A DNA stretch of 64,000 nt, from NCBI RefSeq assembly GCF_018977255.1, contig NW_024704746.1:43648001-43712000 (forward strand). The letters are read 5' to 3'. Source of the DNA: Callorhinchus milii (lineage: Eukaryota). The notes under the pieces were generated by a model. The model saw nothing but the letters and a program-made list of their open reading frames with translations. It was not told the DNA's origin and made no database searches. Made by a program: the position numbers and the translations under genes. Positions 1 through 12,924 of this stretch are shown one piece after another; position 1 is the stretch's first letter, and every line of letters begins with the position of its first letter.

Positions 1-900
1 AACAAAAATCCTGGGGGAATGGTTCAAGACAAATACTAGCCTATTATTCAGCACTAATTGACAGTTTCCTTGACAGAGGATGCAAGAGTGGTTGACGTGC
101 AAAAGAAAATAATGCCACATAGTTATGTTCGGTTTTCTGAGACTGTGTTTGAGGCATAGTGATGACAAAGAATCTGGTATGTGTAATAGCTGACTCTGAA
201 TGGGAAAATAAATACAATAGTTCTGTTTCAGAGAAACCATTCCCCATTTAATGAGTGCAAATAAATAATAATATTACTTTCATTTGATACAGTGCCTTTC
301 ACGTCAGGAAGACAGCTCAAAGTGCTTCTCGTGATATACAGAGTCCACATATATACACTACAGAGTGTAGTGACTGTGTTGTGCAGTGTACCAACTAAGC
401 CAGGCTGACACAGTTAGAGACTGATAAATAACTCGGCAAAGGTCAAGATTTCTTTTAAGGGACTTAGCTCACGTGATCAGCCTCCAGGTCTATATAAATT
501 CACCTAGAAACAGAGAAGCTAAGATGTGCAAACTTAACTCACTAGCTGGTGAAAAAGGAAATACAACATTCATAATTTTGTGCAGAAGGATGCTTCTGTT
601 AATAATACAACATTTACAAAGTCAATCTTCGCCACTGTCATCATACGAATGCAAGTTGTTGTTGATAAGTTTGGTGAGAGGATACCATATTGTGTTGACT
701 GATGGCAATCAGTAGATCAGGGAGAAATTGGTCATCGCAGGGATGGCAGACAAAATTTAGTGTGGAAATATAAAACAATGTAAAATAATCAGGAAACCTG
801 AAGATGGAAGACTATTGTCAAAGACCATCACGGACACTTGATGGAGACTGGGAACATGTCTCATAAATGAAAGGCATATCCATAAATTCTAACCTTTTAT
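1..900 (+). mobile_element. Highly degenerate CR1-like RT remnants (interrupted by a SINE)
   Basis: tggcagacaaaatttagtgtggaa near 745 resembles the CR1 WQxxFNxxK motif; the rest is heavily decayed. Confidence 0.3.
262..412 (-). mobile_element. Internally deleted SacSINE1-like DeuSINE
   Basis: Reverse-strand tail (catttgatacagtgcctttcacgtc) plus reverse-strand head (taccaactaagccaggctgacac). Confidence 0.7.
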
Positions 901-1577
901 GTGAACATCACTAAGTCATGAAAATAAAAAAAATTTGAAAAATATATTGGTGGGAATGTCATGCAGGACCAAGTTGGCAGCAGAAATTTTAGATGTGTCA
1001 CTTGGTTCTGAAGCCAATAAAAAACAGAAACTCGCCCCTTGGCCAACTGTTATTTTACAGTGTGAGATGACATCTAAGGGAAGAGATTGAATGTGATAAT
1101 GAATAATGGGTGTGTGACACAGCAGAAGCACAACAGCTACAGAACAATGTGTTTGATAATGGAAGTACAAATAAAGGCAAGTATTTGCATGTTGCACAAA
1201 CTATTTGGTGTGAAGCACAGCAAGAGACAGTATTTTGTATGTTGTGTTCACCTTGCTTAAGATTCCTTCACCCTGCCATTTTAATTGGACCTCAGTTCAC
1301 GCAAAGAAAAGCACATAAAATGTTTCCAAATAAATTGCATTGGTGTGATTTTGGTGACTACTCACCACGAAACATGTACGAATGTAGGAGGTGTTTTCTA
1401 AGGCAGTTTGCCTTGCGTCCCTGCAGTCCAAATGCATTCAACTCCACTTCCTCACGGTCCCTTGATGGTTTGATGCACAATCCGTGAAGGGATTTTTCAA
1501 GTGTTCTGCTCTCTGTAACGATCAACTGATTTTGGAGCCCTGCACATGGACTAAGTTGCACAGGCCTCTGAATTGTA

Positions 1578-1890
1578 ACAACTTGCACTTATATAGTGCC
1601 CTTCCTGCCAGTAGAATTTCAAAGAGCTTAACAGCGGCGTGGTTTGACGCTGAACTGAAAAGGGGTAAGGAAGCTGAAGGCATGGTCTTTAAGTGCACTT
1701 GAAGATGAGCAGAGAGGAGGTAAGATAGAGGGATTGAGGCAAGAAGTTCCAGAAATTCGGGGTATAGTGGATGAAAGCACAACCACTAATTGTGGAGTGA
1801 AGGGGATTAGGGACGTACAGCAGATTTGTAACAGCTGAGCAAAGGCGATGGGTTGAGGAGTGGGGGAGTGAGAACCAGGACAATTTTCTG
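1578..1890 (-). mobile_element. Old L2 LINE 3' end
   Basis: acaacttgcacttatatagtgcc tail followed by a purine-rich antisense ORF2 end (gaagttccaga = LWN motif on the - strand). Confidence 0.7.
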
Positions 1891-4514
1891 CTACGACTGT
1901 TGGAGTGAAGGTACATTGCTTCCAGCAGCACATGCCATGCAGCATATTTTCACTTCCCTCAAACTGGAATGTGGAACAAAACGGAAAGCCACATTAATTG
2001 AGCTATGTTGCATAAAATTAATGTAACAGAATGGGAGAAATAAAAGTTCATCAGCAGTATAGTGAAAGCCTCTGGCACTAAATGTTTTGTGGAAAAAGCA
2101 AGTTTTATTTAATTACTTTTACTCAAACGAAAAAGGATGATGAACAGCAGATTTTGTTCCTTTATTCTTTCCAAGATGCTACTCTGTGTGAAGAGTGCTA
2201 TATGAATGCAAGTTGTTGTGTTCGTGTTCAGTTGGCGGCGCATAAGAACGTTACCAATTATACATACACGGCACCCAAAAGCAACAAATTATCTGGACAA
2301 TTGTGAAGGAATAACTGTTTGACCAGGTTTCCATCCTCCTTCAAAACAGTAATGTTACATATCCAATTAGTTGTGTGTTTAATACTGTAGTTGTAGTCAC
2401 TTGGTCCTCGGGGACATCATTGTGTGGTTTTTTTGGACTATCTAGGGCAGCAATGTTGTTGATCAGAAACCTTTTTTATTCAATGAACAGTTGGTGCACA
2501 ACAGTAACATTGGTCTGACATGCTAAGATTAAAATATTACTTGTACCCATTTTTTAAAAAAATGTGGGGTAACACCAAAAAAAAAGCATCTGCAATCTTC
2601 AGTGCCAAACTACACCTGTGAAGCATTTCAAGTTAAATCACTGAAAACAATGGGGCCCAATATGCAGTGATTTCAAAAAGGATTCCTCCTGAAGAATTGA
2701 AACAAGAACAAGCTCCTTTTGAACATCAGCGTTATGTCATGTTAACCTGTGGAGACTAAAAATGGATTGCATTGGAGAGAACTCCTGTGGGTCATCGTAA
2801 TGTAAGAAATCCTTATTAAGGAATGCATTTTGAAATTGTCACATACTTGAGCCCCAATAAATGAAAACATGTAAAGGATCAAAAATGTATATTTTTAGAA
2901 TTTCTTGAATATGGAAGAGAAACACGTTTGTAACATTTAACCTTCTTTTGAAACTCTCTTTGGGACTTGTCACATTTTCTTGCTATCATTGCCTTTGCGA
3001 TTTTCAAATTTTGGGGGGTTAAACTATGACAGTTGAAAGCAAAGTGGAACTAATATATTTGCTGACCTAATTTGCATCATTTGTAATGGTAGACTTTGCT
3101 AAGATTTTTTCACAATGTGCTGACACTGTAAGAGGCATCTGGTTTGTCATGTGAACATCAGAAGAGACAATACAAAAGCTCTGTGTCAAATCTCAACATT
3201 TTGTGGGGGAAAAAAATCACACACCTGATTTGATAAACTCTTATGACTTAAAAACAGGATTACACATCTATTTAGTTCAATAATAAAACAGTCACTGGAT
3301 GTATATATACTGTGTATATATTAAGCTTCTACATTTACTAAAACTTGGCACATCAATCTGTCAGCTTAGTTTGAGTCAAAACAGTTTGACAAGGAAATTA
3401 TTGAAACTGGCACAATTTTCAAAACAACATTAATGGAGACAACAGATTTATGGCTGGTTGTAACCATTAACATTGTTCTCTTTCTTCAGTGTAAGCAAAC
3501 GCTCTAGATTTTAACAAGGGCATTTTTATCGTGCTGCTGTTGCCCAGATGAGTGTGACACTCTAGCATTCTGTAATCAAATATATTTATAGGGGTGGGGG
3601 AGGTGGATACATTCATCTATCTTTTCCATTTCATATAACCTGCAGCAGTTTCTTGTTAATCAAAACCTGAACAATAGCGACAGTAGAGCAAAAAAAGATC
3701 AGTTGCGCTTCTTTCAGGGAACCACATGCTAAAGATGCAGAGGGCATACGATTTTCCTCCTGTCACTACAACTTATTCACAAATTGTGGAAGGATGGAAA
3801 AAATAGACAGCTTTCCACTAGTTTTGTTGAAAAATTAATTCAGACTCTTATCTCAATGCTGGAATTAAAATAAACTGCGTTTTCGACTGGGTCAGAGGCC
3901 AACTGAATGTGGAGTATTTAATCATTGCTTGAGAATCAGCCTACAACGTGTAATTTTATTTTGATGTCTTGCTTGAATTTTGAATAGTAACAAAAGTCAA
4001 ATGCACCACATTTTATTCCAATACCCTTCTTGCCCAAAGCTTCATTTCTTGTTTCAGACTATGACAAAAATAATGGGAACTAGTTATTCATTCCCTTTCT
4101 CTTTCATAGTCTCTTCTGGGTATAATTGTATGAACGAAAGAATGGGCAGGTAACTGATCTCACATCTCTGCCCAAAGCACGATTGACCCACCTGACAAGA
4201 GGAGCATGCTCTAAATTTCCATGTGCCTTGTGTTGAAGAGAATAGCCTTTGTTTGATGGCTCTCTCTGAAACTTTTCAATTGCAATCAGAAACTTGCCAC
4301 AATGGGAATCACAACCAAGAACATTTGCCCCACACTGGTCTGTGCAACACAACACTGGTGCCGGGGAAGGTGTATCATTCCCTCATTGATAATAACAAAG
4401 GCCCTCTGCTCGACCTTGTTGGTGTAACAATTTTAATTGAACAAGAGCAGAAAAATACAATTTCTTTTCAATCAAGAAATATTTCCTTCCCATTGATAAT
4501 TGAACAAATGCCAT

Positions 4515-4760
4515 GAGTCCGTTTATGTCTGGTGGGTGCTAATGGTCAAATACACAGAGGTCGAGCAGAGGTGGCTGTCATACCAGAGGGACCTACGAGG
4601 GTAAAAAGCAGTTTGTGTTGTGATCTGAGGAAGGAGGAGGATGATTGCATGAGAGTTCTGCGAGGAAGATTTTTTATGGGGGAGGAGTTGTCAGTAGACC
4701 ATAAGAAGCTTGAGGGAGAGGTTGAAGGAGTGGGATGGTAGAGGAGTAAGGAGATGAACT
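4515..4760 (-). mobile_element. Probable L2 internal fragment
   Basis: Purine-rich composition typical of antisense L2 ORF2. Confidence 0.35.
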
Positions 4761-4768
4761 AAATTATT

Positions 4769-5080
4769 GTGGAGTCCTGTAGCTCAGTGGTTAGAGCACT
4801 CACCTTGCAAGCGAGACACCTGGATTCAATCCCAGGCAAGGCGAAACCTTAGGCAAGTTTCCTTACTCCACACGCCTAATAATAATCCTTCCAAAAAAAA
4901 CAATAATAAATTGGTCATTTTCAATCCAAGACTGTTTGTGGGACACTGCTGTGCACAATTGGCTGCCGCGTTTCACCCACAAATATAGTCAATTCACTTT
5001 ACAGCATATTCTGTGACGTGCTTTGAGACGTCCAGAAGACGTGAAAAGTGCTGTATCAAATGCAAGGATTATTATTATTA
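4769..5080 (+). mobile_element. Full-length young tRNA-derived SINE (family A, short variant)
   Basis: Head GTGGAGTCCTGTAGCTCAGTGGTTAGAGC (A box), B-box-like GGATTCAATCCC, Deu-like segment gctgtgcacaattggctgccgcgtttc, L2-like tail and (ATT)n. Confidence 0.9.
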
Positions 5081-5260
5081 ATATTTCCTTGCATTTGATA
5101 TAGCACCTTATATCGTCAAGACATCTCAAAGTGCTTCACGTGAAATAGTTAGAAGCTTGAGATAAGTACTATATAACCAGTACTTTTTCACAGCCCCAAT
5201 ATATTCACCTCTGACAATGCAGCATAGCCCCCAGTGCTGCACTGTTGTGTCAGCCTTGTA
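5081..5260 (-). mobile_element. SINE tail and DeuSINE internal fragments, tail-to-tail with the previous SINE
   Basis: ccttgcatttgatatagcacc tail; cacctctgacaatgcagca internal segment. Confidence 0.7.
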
Positions 5261-5614
5261 CTGATACTTTTATTAAAATTGACAAGACAAGTGCAATCAT
5301 ATTGCGAATGCATGGAAAATATAGAGCTGCAAATTAACAGTGGGTCCTCGCTTAAACAAACATAGGGGTTCACTGGCAATATTGGGCTTTCAGGTTGTTT
5401 GTAAACAAGTGTTGCCTTTAAATCTAAGCTCCGGTGAAGCAGGTACTAAATTATAACACCGTTGGAGTCATTTTAGTAGAATTCATATGGCAGTGCTGAG
5501 TAACTGGACCAACTGCAACATTAGATTATTGTCCATCTGGTTTACCAGAGAAAGCTACACTGCCAACACTGTATGCCAAGTTCTACCTTTCTCACTGTCG
5601 CAACCATCTGTTTT

Positions 5615-5888
5615 AATAATAATAATAATCCTTGCATTTGATATAGTGCCTTATCATGTCTTCGAGACATCTCAAAGCACTTTCACTATATATTTTGTGG
5701 GCGAAATGTGGTAGTCAATTGCACACAGCAGTGCCTCACAAACAGTCATGGATTGAATGACCAAGTTATTTTTTAATAATAATCCTTGCATTTGATTTCA
5801 TGCCTAATTATGCATCTTCTAGATATCTGAAAGCGCTTCACAGAATATACTGTAAAGTGAATTGACTGTATATTTTGTGGGCAAAACA
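5615..5888 (-). mobile_element. Two tandem 5'-truncated family A SINEs
   Basis: Two taataataatccttgcatttgat tails, at 5615 and 5775. Confidence 0.8.
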
Positions 5889-6126
5889 ATAGAATTGATA
5901 GAAAATCATACTTTTGATTAATAAAACAAATAGGGGTAGTCAAATTGATTCAGAGCTGGCTATATATATATATGAAAGTTCCTTTAAAAAAATGCCAAGA
6001 ACTTAAGAGTTAAGATATCTAAAAAAAACTTTGTTTAAAATAATTCTCAAAACATGTTTCAATTGTCATTCAGCAGTATTTACTGGTGGTGTCAAAAGTC
6101 CCATATATAATTAGTTTGTGTTTTTG

Positions 6127-6291
6127 TCTAAAATGAGGAAATGATCTGAAAATGAGGATACAATTTAAAATCAGGATATGATTTAAATCAGAATGCAATC
6201 TAAAATAATCAGGATATTATAAAAACAAGGATACTATCTAAAATCAGTATTTTATCTCAAGTCAGGATGCTGTCCAAAATTAGGATTCTCA
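6127..6291. repeat. Degenerate ~18-bp minisatellite, about 9 units, consensus TCTAAAATCAGGATAYNA
   Basis: Units visible by eye, e.g. tttaaaatcaggatatga, tctcaagtcaggatgctg, tccaaaattaggattctca. Confidence 0.75.
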
Positions 6292-7014
6292 TCAAATGTG
6301 GATTGGTGTCCTTGGTGCATACCACCATTTGTTCTACATCCTAGAATTACTTAAATCAGGATTGCTATTGGATCAAGTGCAAGTGTGTTGCAATTGTTTC
6401 CCCACCGATCAAAAGTGTGGCAAATGATCACAAGTTCCTGGCATGTCATGATTCAGGCAAAGTGAGCAAATGTTAGCAATCTCTGCAGGAATCATCTGCA
6501 TGCTGCGTACACATTGCTATCTTCATAGATTGGCCTAAGAATGAGGTTTGGTAAAGGTTTGCAAACTGAACATCGCTGATAAGTCCTGATATTTGAAACA
6601 GCAGCCTTAAGCATTCATCTTAATGATAACATTACTACAAGTCATTTATCACTTTATAAAGAAATATTTAGTTCCGGTCTATAATATTTTTTGGTCCACC
6701 ATTGAGATACCTTCTCAGTTTTAAGGTCAAACATGATTTTGAGTATGTACTAAGTGACTTGAAGGATGTGAGTCAGATGACACATGATGGTGACTCGGCT
6801 CGCAATCTACCTTTAAAGTCTTCACAAAGTGCTTTCTGTCCACTTGAGCTTCTCCGGAAAGCCTGGCTCACATCAGAACCTCATCTTATGGAGTTCGGAG
6901 CCTAGTATGAGCTGAGGTTCCTATCGTGGGACACACAGTCTGCATCACCATACTCCCAGTGTGCCAATAGATCTTTACCGCAAGTGGGAACTACGAGATC
7001 ACAGGGATGGTTTG

Positions 7015-7240
7015 AATGAAGAAGGCTGTCAGCCCATCTGATTTAATTTTTCCAGAACATTCACTCTTCTATCGTGACTCATCAAACTGCTTTTTAAATG
7101 AGTCTAGTGCCTTGGCCTTAACCACCCTTGCTGGTAACACATTCCAGTCATTAATTGTTCTCTGAGTAAAAAAAATTCTGGTATATGTCTTGAAATTTCC
7201 CTCTGCAACTCTAAAGCTATGTCCTCTTATTCTACTGTCT
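7015..7240 (-). mobile_element. CR1 LINE 3' end
   Basis: The reverse strand shows RGH..(K/R)..FF..R..WN.LP-like ORF2 C-terminal motifs and a 3' UTR. Confidence 0.65.
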
Positions 7241-7319
7241 TGGTGCAGTCAATTTTGTAAATCAATAATGAATCTTTGTCACAGAGCCATCTGTGGGTTG
7301 ATCTGTGGGTTATCTGTGG

Positions 7320-8530
7320 GTAAATCGTCCTTCTACTCCAAGACAATCTTGGATGCCAAGGACAACTCCAGGCTCCTCTTCTCCATCACCAACCGGCTCA
7401 TCCGCCCACCCTCTCACTCCTTGCCCATCCTCTCCTCCAAGGCCAACTGCGAGGTGATGCTGGACTTCCTCGAAACCAAAGTCAAGGGGATCCACTCAGC
7501 TGTCTCTGCCCTTCCGTCTACTGCCCTCTCCCCATCTCCTCCTCACACCCCAGCCCCTAACCATCCCTCTTTCCACACCGTTGAACCTGTCCCCCCCTCC
7601 TCTCTCACCACCACTATAACCCACATGAAACCGACCACCTGCTCCCTCGACCCCATCCTTACCTGTCTCCTTACACCCCAGCTCCATCTCCTTGCCCCTC
7701 TACTCACAGACATCATAAAGCTCTCCCTGTCCACTAGTGCCATTCCCACCCCTTTAAAAACGTCCGTCATCACTCCTTAAAAAGCCCTTCCTGGACCCAT
7801 CCCTGCTGTCAAATTACCACCCCATCTCCAACCTCCCTTTCCTATTGTCCACTCTATCCTTCTCTACTGCCTCTCTTCTCACCTCAACCTTCATGGTTCT
7901 GTCCTTGAAAGGTTCAGATCCTACCTCTCACACTGTTTCCACTTCATCTCCACAAACGGTTCTCCTGTTTTCCTTCATTGTACCACAATATTCTTCTTTC
8001 TTTCACTTCCTCAAAGAAAAGTTTTTTTTGCACATCTCACAAGTCTCTCACAATATCTGGAGAGATTGGTGTTACCCTGGGTCAATTGGTAACACCCTTG
8101 GCTCTGTCAAGATTTGGGGTTCATGGCCCTATCAGGACTTAGAACTCACGTAGTCCAGGCTGCCACTCCACTTCAGGGCTTGGGTGTGCTGCATTGACAG
8201 AGGTGCCATCCTTTGGATGAAACATTGAACCAAGGTCCTGCCTGCCTGTTCAGGTAAATGCTAATGATCCCATGGCATGACTGTAAAAGAGAAAGGAGTT
8301 CCTCTCGGTGTAATTTGATAGATTTCAGCATTTCAACATCAGACACCTCTGGAACTCTGCCTTTCACTCTCTGCCTCCCCTCTCTGCCTATCTGTGTTTA
8401 AATCCAGCCTAAAAACATCTTTTACAGTCACCTCCCCTTCCCCCTTCTCTCCTGCTCGGCATCTAGCCCCATTACTGTGAAGTGTTCCGAGATGTTATGT
8501 ACATGAAGGGCACTATATAATTGCAAGTTG
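7320..8530 (+). mobile_element. L2 LINE ORF2 pseudogene fragments with 3' end, interrupted by a SINE
   Basis: KSSFYSKTILDAKDNSRLLFSITNRL..KPTTCSLDPI..LKTSVITP, then KPFLDPS..NYHPISNLPF, then an HSILL..FRSYLS RT segment; 3' tail at 8330-8530. Confidence 0.85.
8070..8305 (+). mobile_element. SacSINE1-like DeuSINE
   Basis: Deu core gtgctgcattgacagaggtgccatcctttggatgaaacattgaaccaagg..gatcccatggca. Confidence 0.8.
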
Positions 8531-9401
8531 TCTCAAGACAAAGTCTCAAGAGGGTATATTGCTGCCAACATGATTTCTTGAGGGCAGCTCCAAGTCAGTG
8601 ACATTGTGCAGCTTTGTCTGCAGTTGCTCATGACTCTTAGTACTGTACAGCACTATTGGTAATAGTCTGTCAGTAAAGTAACAAGTTTTATGGTAATTTC
8701 ATGGCTGGCGTAGCTTAGCTACTGTAAGGCAGAGCTTGAGGGATTTGTGAGGATTGCGCATTATCCTTTTGGTGCGAGTATTTATCTGCTTGTCCACTGC
8801 ACTTTGGTTTAAATGATGAAATAGAGTGACCTACATTTCAGGCACACCATGAGTAAGATGGGACTGACATTACGCTAGTTTTTAAAAAGCATTTCCGAAC
8901 TACACATGAAGTAGTCCCTGAAGGAAGGGGGTGCGGGTATCTACCTTGATACAGCACATATACTGACTGCACTGATAATATGGGAGTATCTCCCATTGGA
9001 ATAGAAAATGGCAAAACCTGAAATAACACAGCCTGCAGTTTATAAGTGGCGAGTGGCATTTGTTGATTGTGGCAAAAATTTCAAGCTCCCAAATCTCAGT
9101 ACATTTTAAATAGTCCAGTGTTTGTGAGAGTAAACCCAATTACTGAACCCATTCCCCCTTCCACCTCTCCGATTGTTTTAACAAAGCAGTGATCAATAGC
9201 TCATTAGAGAGCGTGGCCCGGGAACAGAGGAAGTGCACAAAATATCTGCTGCATGAATTATGCATGTTGTGCTTGATCAGTAGTCTCGAAGCATTGAGAA
9301 TGGAACTCCTTGGCTGTGTTAAGATTGCATGTGTTAAGTGACTGCAGCAGGGACTGGATAGTTTCATGCAAGCAAGTGGCTTTAAATGGGATGGGTCGTT
9401 G

Positions 9402-9709
9402 CAGGAAGTATAAATCCCATTGCGTGCTGCGTTTCACAGTCTGTGATCTGACAGTAAAGCTGCCACAGTGAACCGTTCTCCCTGCAGTTCAACCTGGTTG
9501 CTATGTTTGCAGAGGACGGATCTTGCCGAGCATTAGGCTGATGTCACAGCCTGGAGCCTTTTTTTTTAAATTTGTTGGCTGCAGCAAGAATAAATTTACA
9601 CAGCATTGTGCTGTACAGTACTGGAGATTTTCTGTTGCAATTTTTAATTTTGCATGCAGTGGATTTTGAAGAATAACCCCATCTAAAGACACAACTGCAA
9701 GCATTGATG
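9402..9709 (+). promoter_or_regulatory. Candidate TATA promoter and first exon
   Basis: ETS site CAGGAAGT (9402), TATAAAT at 9409, Inr-like TCACAGT about 29 nt downstream, and donor ATG|GTAGGT at 9710. Free of recognisable repeats. Confidence 0.4.
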
Positions 9710-10735
9710 GTAGGTTGATTTTTTGTATTTTATGCAAGCAATTTGATTTATTTCAGTCTTGGGTTTTCAGGAATTAAATTTGCTGAGGCAGAGGACGATG
9801 CAGCAGGAGAGGCAGTGATATTGACTCGAAACCATGTGCAAGAATGCAGAGTCAGATTTTTTTCCCCCAATAGTTGTTGCTATTTCTGTACCTGTATGAA
9901 TTTACAGCCCTGTACAATTTGTGTTGTCTTGTTCTATCGCACTGTATCTGTCTTGGTTGACAATGGAAGGCGAACAAGGTCAAAGATTTCACAGGAGGGC
10001 TTGATGGTATTCATACTGAGTATAAGGCAGACTCCATTGCTCACCATGAATTTCAGTATTGATCAGCAATGTTCTTTGCTGTTGCTGGTAATGGCTTGAA
10101 AACGGCGCGACAAGATTCCTAATTGATAACAATTGCAATAGAGAAAAGTAACCTCTCGTGATTTTTTATTAAAAATCTGTGCACTGTTCATGATTCTGAG
10201 TTCTTGTGTTCTTGGATATTTCATCCTCCCTTAGGTTGACAAAGCGAATGAGTCATTAAATATTACACTTTATCAATCCGTCTTCCACAGAACCTAAAGG
10301 TGAACTATCCAATTTAATTCAGCTCTGCGAAAAGCCAAAAATAACCAATGTGCATTTGTATTCCATTAGCTTCGAGCATCTGGGAATCATTTGAGCCATT
10401 TAATTCAGGATTTTCCCTTGCACTGAAAAAGCACGCAGTGACATGCTGAGTTTCAGAAACCTGGGGCAATATGCACCATGCAAAGCATGTTTCCATGTCA
10501 CAAATACCGTACAAAGGAATCTATGCATAGGGCATGCACCATGGAATGCAGTGAGTCTCCAAGGATAACTCAGTGTTTGAAGTGAAAAATCTCAACTTTT
10601 CTTTAAGCTCTTTTTAAGCATATGGGGAAATGCCAGAGAAAAGTAAGTGAACTGTGAATCTGCTAAATATTTAATTATTTTTCTGTAACGGATATATTTT
10701 TCGGTAGTACTTGTAACACCTTTTTCGCTTCGTAG

Positions 10736-10872
10736 GATTTTAATATTAATGATTTATTGACAAAAATGCCAATTCTACACCTGTCTAATTTCCATAATGC
10801 TTCAGAAGAGAATTCTGGATTCTTAATGGAAATGCTCACAAACGACGTATGGCTTTTGTGAACAGAAATTAG
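10736..10872 (+). other. Candidate internal exon (137 nt)
   Basis: Acceptor cctttttcgcttcgtAG| and donor TAG|GTAATT. Confidence 0.3.
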
Positions 10873-11234
10873 GTAATTCGACTGTTGATAAAGTTCTTTA
10901 TGAGCCTTGATGAGCTTGTAATCTATGTCTTGACATTTTTCTGTTGCATTTTCTCCAATTGGCAGAATGGTGCATTGAATATCAACTGGCTCTTAACACA
11001 TTCCATTCATATCAGTAGCATGCCTCTGTGATCCTACAATAGGCTTTACAAAGGTTTTTTGTACAGAAAATATTGGTCTTTGGGCTTGAATAACAGTACA
11101 GAAATTACCGAAGTAAGGACCACAAGCAGCAGAATTAATGCTGGGGCAGTGGAAAGGCTAATTCAGAGATTTATGTCGCAGATAAAATCCATTGTGTCTC
11201 TATATCATTGTATTGAGGGGTATAGTATTGATTG

Positions 11235-11345
11235 ATAATAATACTAATAATCGTTGCATTTGATATATGTCTTCGAGACATCTCAAAGCGCTTCACAGAA
11301 TATAGTGTAAAGTGAATTTACTATATAATTGTGTGGGTGAAATGA
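11235..11345 (-). mobile_element. Family A SINE 3' fragment
   Basis: ttgcatttgatat..ctcaaagcgcttcacagaatata. Confidence 0.75.
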
Positions 11346-12334
11346 TTAATGATTTTTGGGGCCAAGTATTGGTGTCTCAATACTGTTCTGGATAAATTGG
11401 AATACAAACTTAGCATATTGCAGAAATGCTTGCGTTGTAATTTGCTGAATGACAGCTCCTTTTACGTCACTGTTGAAAGAGGTGATTGCTTACTGAAAAG
11501 ATGGAGAGGATAAATTGTTTGTAAGGATGTTTTGCTGGATGGGAATTTGCACATGTTTGCTTTCAGTGGGGCATGCTCTGTAGATATATATACCTGTGCC
11601 GTATGTTTATAAAATATAGTGAATTCAAGAAAATCAGAGCCTCAAAATCAGTAGGCAGAGCTGGGAAGGCAGAACAGAAAATAAAACTGAAAAGATTGTT
11701 GTCAGTAAGTACCAAGCCTATTTTATGTTATAACTTTTATTTGGTAATGAAAATTTATTATTATGTTATTATATTCTGATTTTACAGTATTTTAATTGTT
11801 CGATGCTTTTTTCTTTCTGAAATTAGCGAGCAGTCATTTTGATACCTTGAAACTAGAATCTTTACACAAGGCCAGCTTCTTACAGGGCGTTGCCATCAGA
11901 GCACAGGAATAGCATGTAGTGCGAATAGTATTACTGCTTGAGTCACATTTCTTGTAGATGCAGAGCTGTGCATTGATATAATTGTTGGTATACTGTTGGC
12001 ACTGCAGATGATTTTATTTCATTTTCAAGATATTTTAACAACATTTTTTCAATGCCAATTGAAAACTTGCTTGCACTGCAGCGGACAAAATCTCTGCAAA
12101 TAAAATCCTGGCGCCAACTTTCCCTTGTGGTTTTCATGCCAAAATTGTTAAAGCAGAAAAGGAACATGACAGAAAGGGTCCTGTTAAATCCCCTTCAAGG
12201 GCAAATGCAGCGTTTTTTGTTCTCATGCTACAGCACAATGAGAAAGTAACAGAATCAGGATTGAACGAAATGTTGTTTTCAAAGACTGCAACAACCATGC
12301 CTGTTGTCTATAGAAATCTTAAAAATAAATAATC

Positions 12335-12783
12335 TTAGCAGCAGATATTGCATCATTTGCATCTGGAGAATATCGCAAAGCACTCCACATATTGTACATA
12401 TTATTGTATTTTGGAAGCGAATGTGCTAGTAAGTTTACACGCAACAATATCCCACAGGCATGAAGGGAGTGGAAGGGAATTTTAATTTCATGCATAGTTC
12501 AGCTAGTATTAACAATTTACATGCAACAATGTCCCACAGACAGAATGACCAATTTTATCTGGGGGATTGTTGGCCAAGACAGTGAAAAAAACTTCGTTCT
12601 CTTTTTGAACAGTACTATGGCGTTTTGAACATCCACTTGAATACGCAGACAGGACCTCAGATTAATATCTCATCTCATCCAAAAGTGTGTCAGCCTAGAC
12701 TATGTGAGGTAAAAGTCCAGAGGCGGGCAAACCCACGTCCTTCTGACTCAGAGACGAGAGAGCTACCAACTGAGCCAGGCTGG
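12335..12783 (-). mobile_element. SacSINE1-like DeuSINE
   Basis: Reverse-strand head ttctgactcagag..gctaccaactgagccagg plus Deu core. Confidence 0.75.
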
Positions 12784-12924
12784 TTTCTCCATGTACCTGT
12801 GCACAAAGTTTCCCTGTGTTTCCTGGCATCTCTTGCATGTGGTTTACAAACATACAGTGTGTGTTCAGCGGTACGTTTGGAATCCACACTATATGGTTGT
12901 TAATGAGCAAAATGTGTATCAACA

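Noticed and set aside
4771-4842. tRNA-like sequence (also at 14587, 21850, 25586, 46494)
   Set aside because: These are SINE heads continuing into SINE body and tail, not tRNA genes.
6127-6291. CRISPR-like array
   Set aside because: Degenerate abutting units without unique spacers, in eukaryotic DNA.
7190-7780. 196-aa ORF, the longest in the track
   Set aside because: L2 ORF2 fragment followed by a frameshift and deletion; not a host gene.
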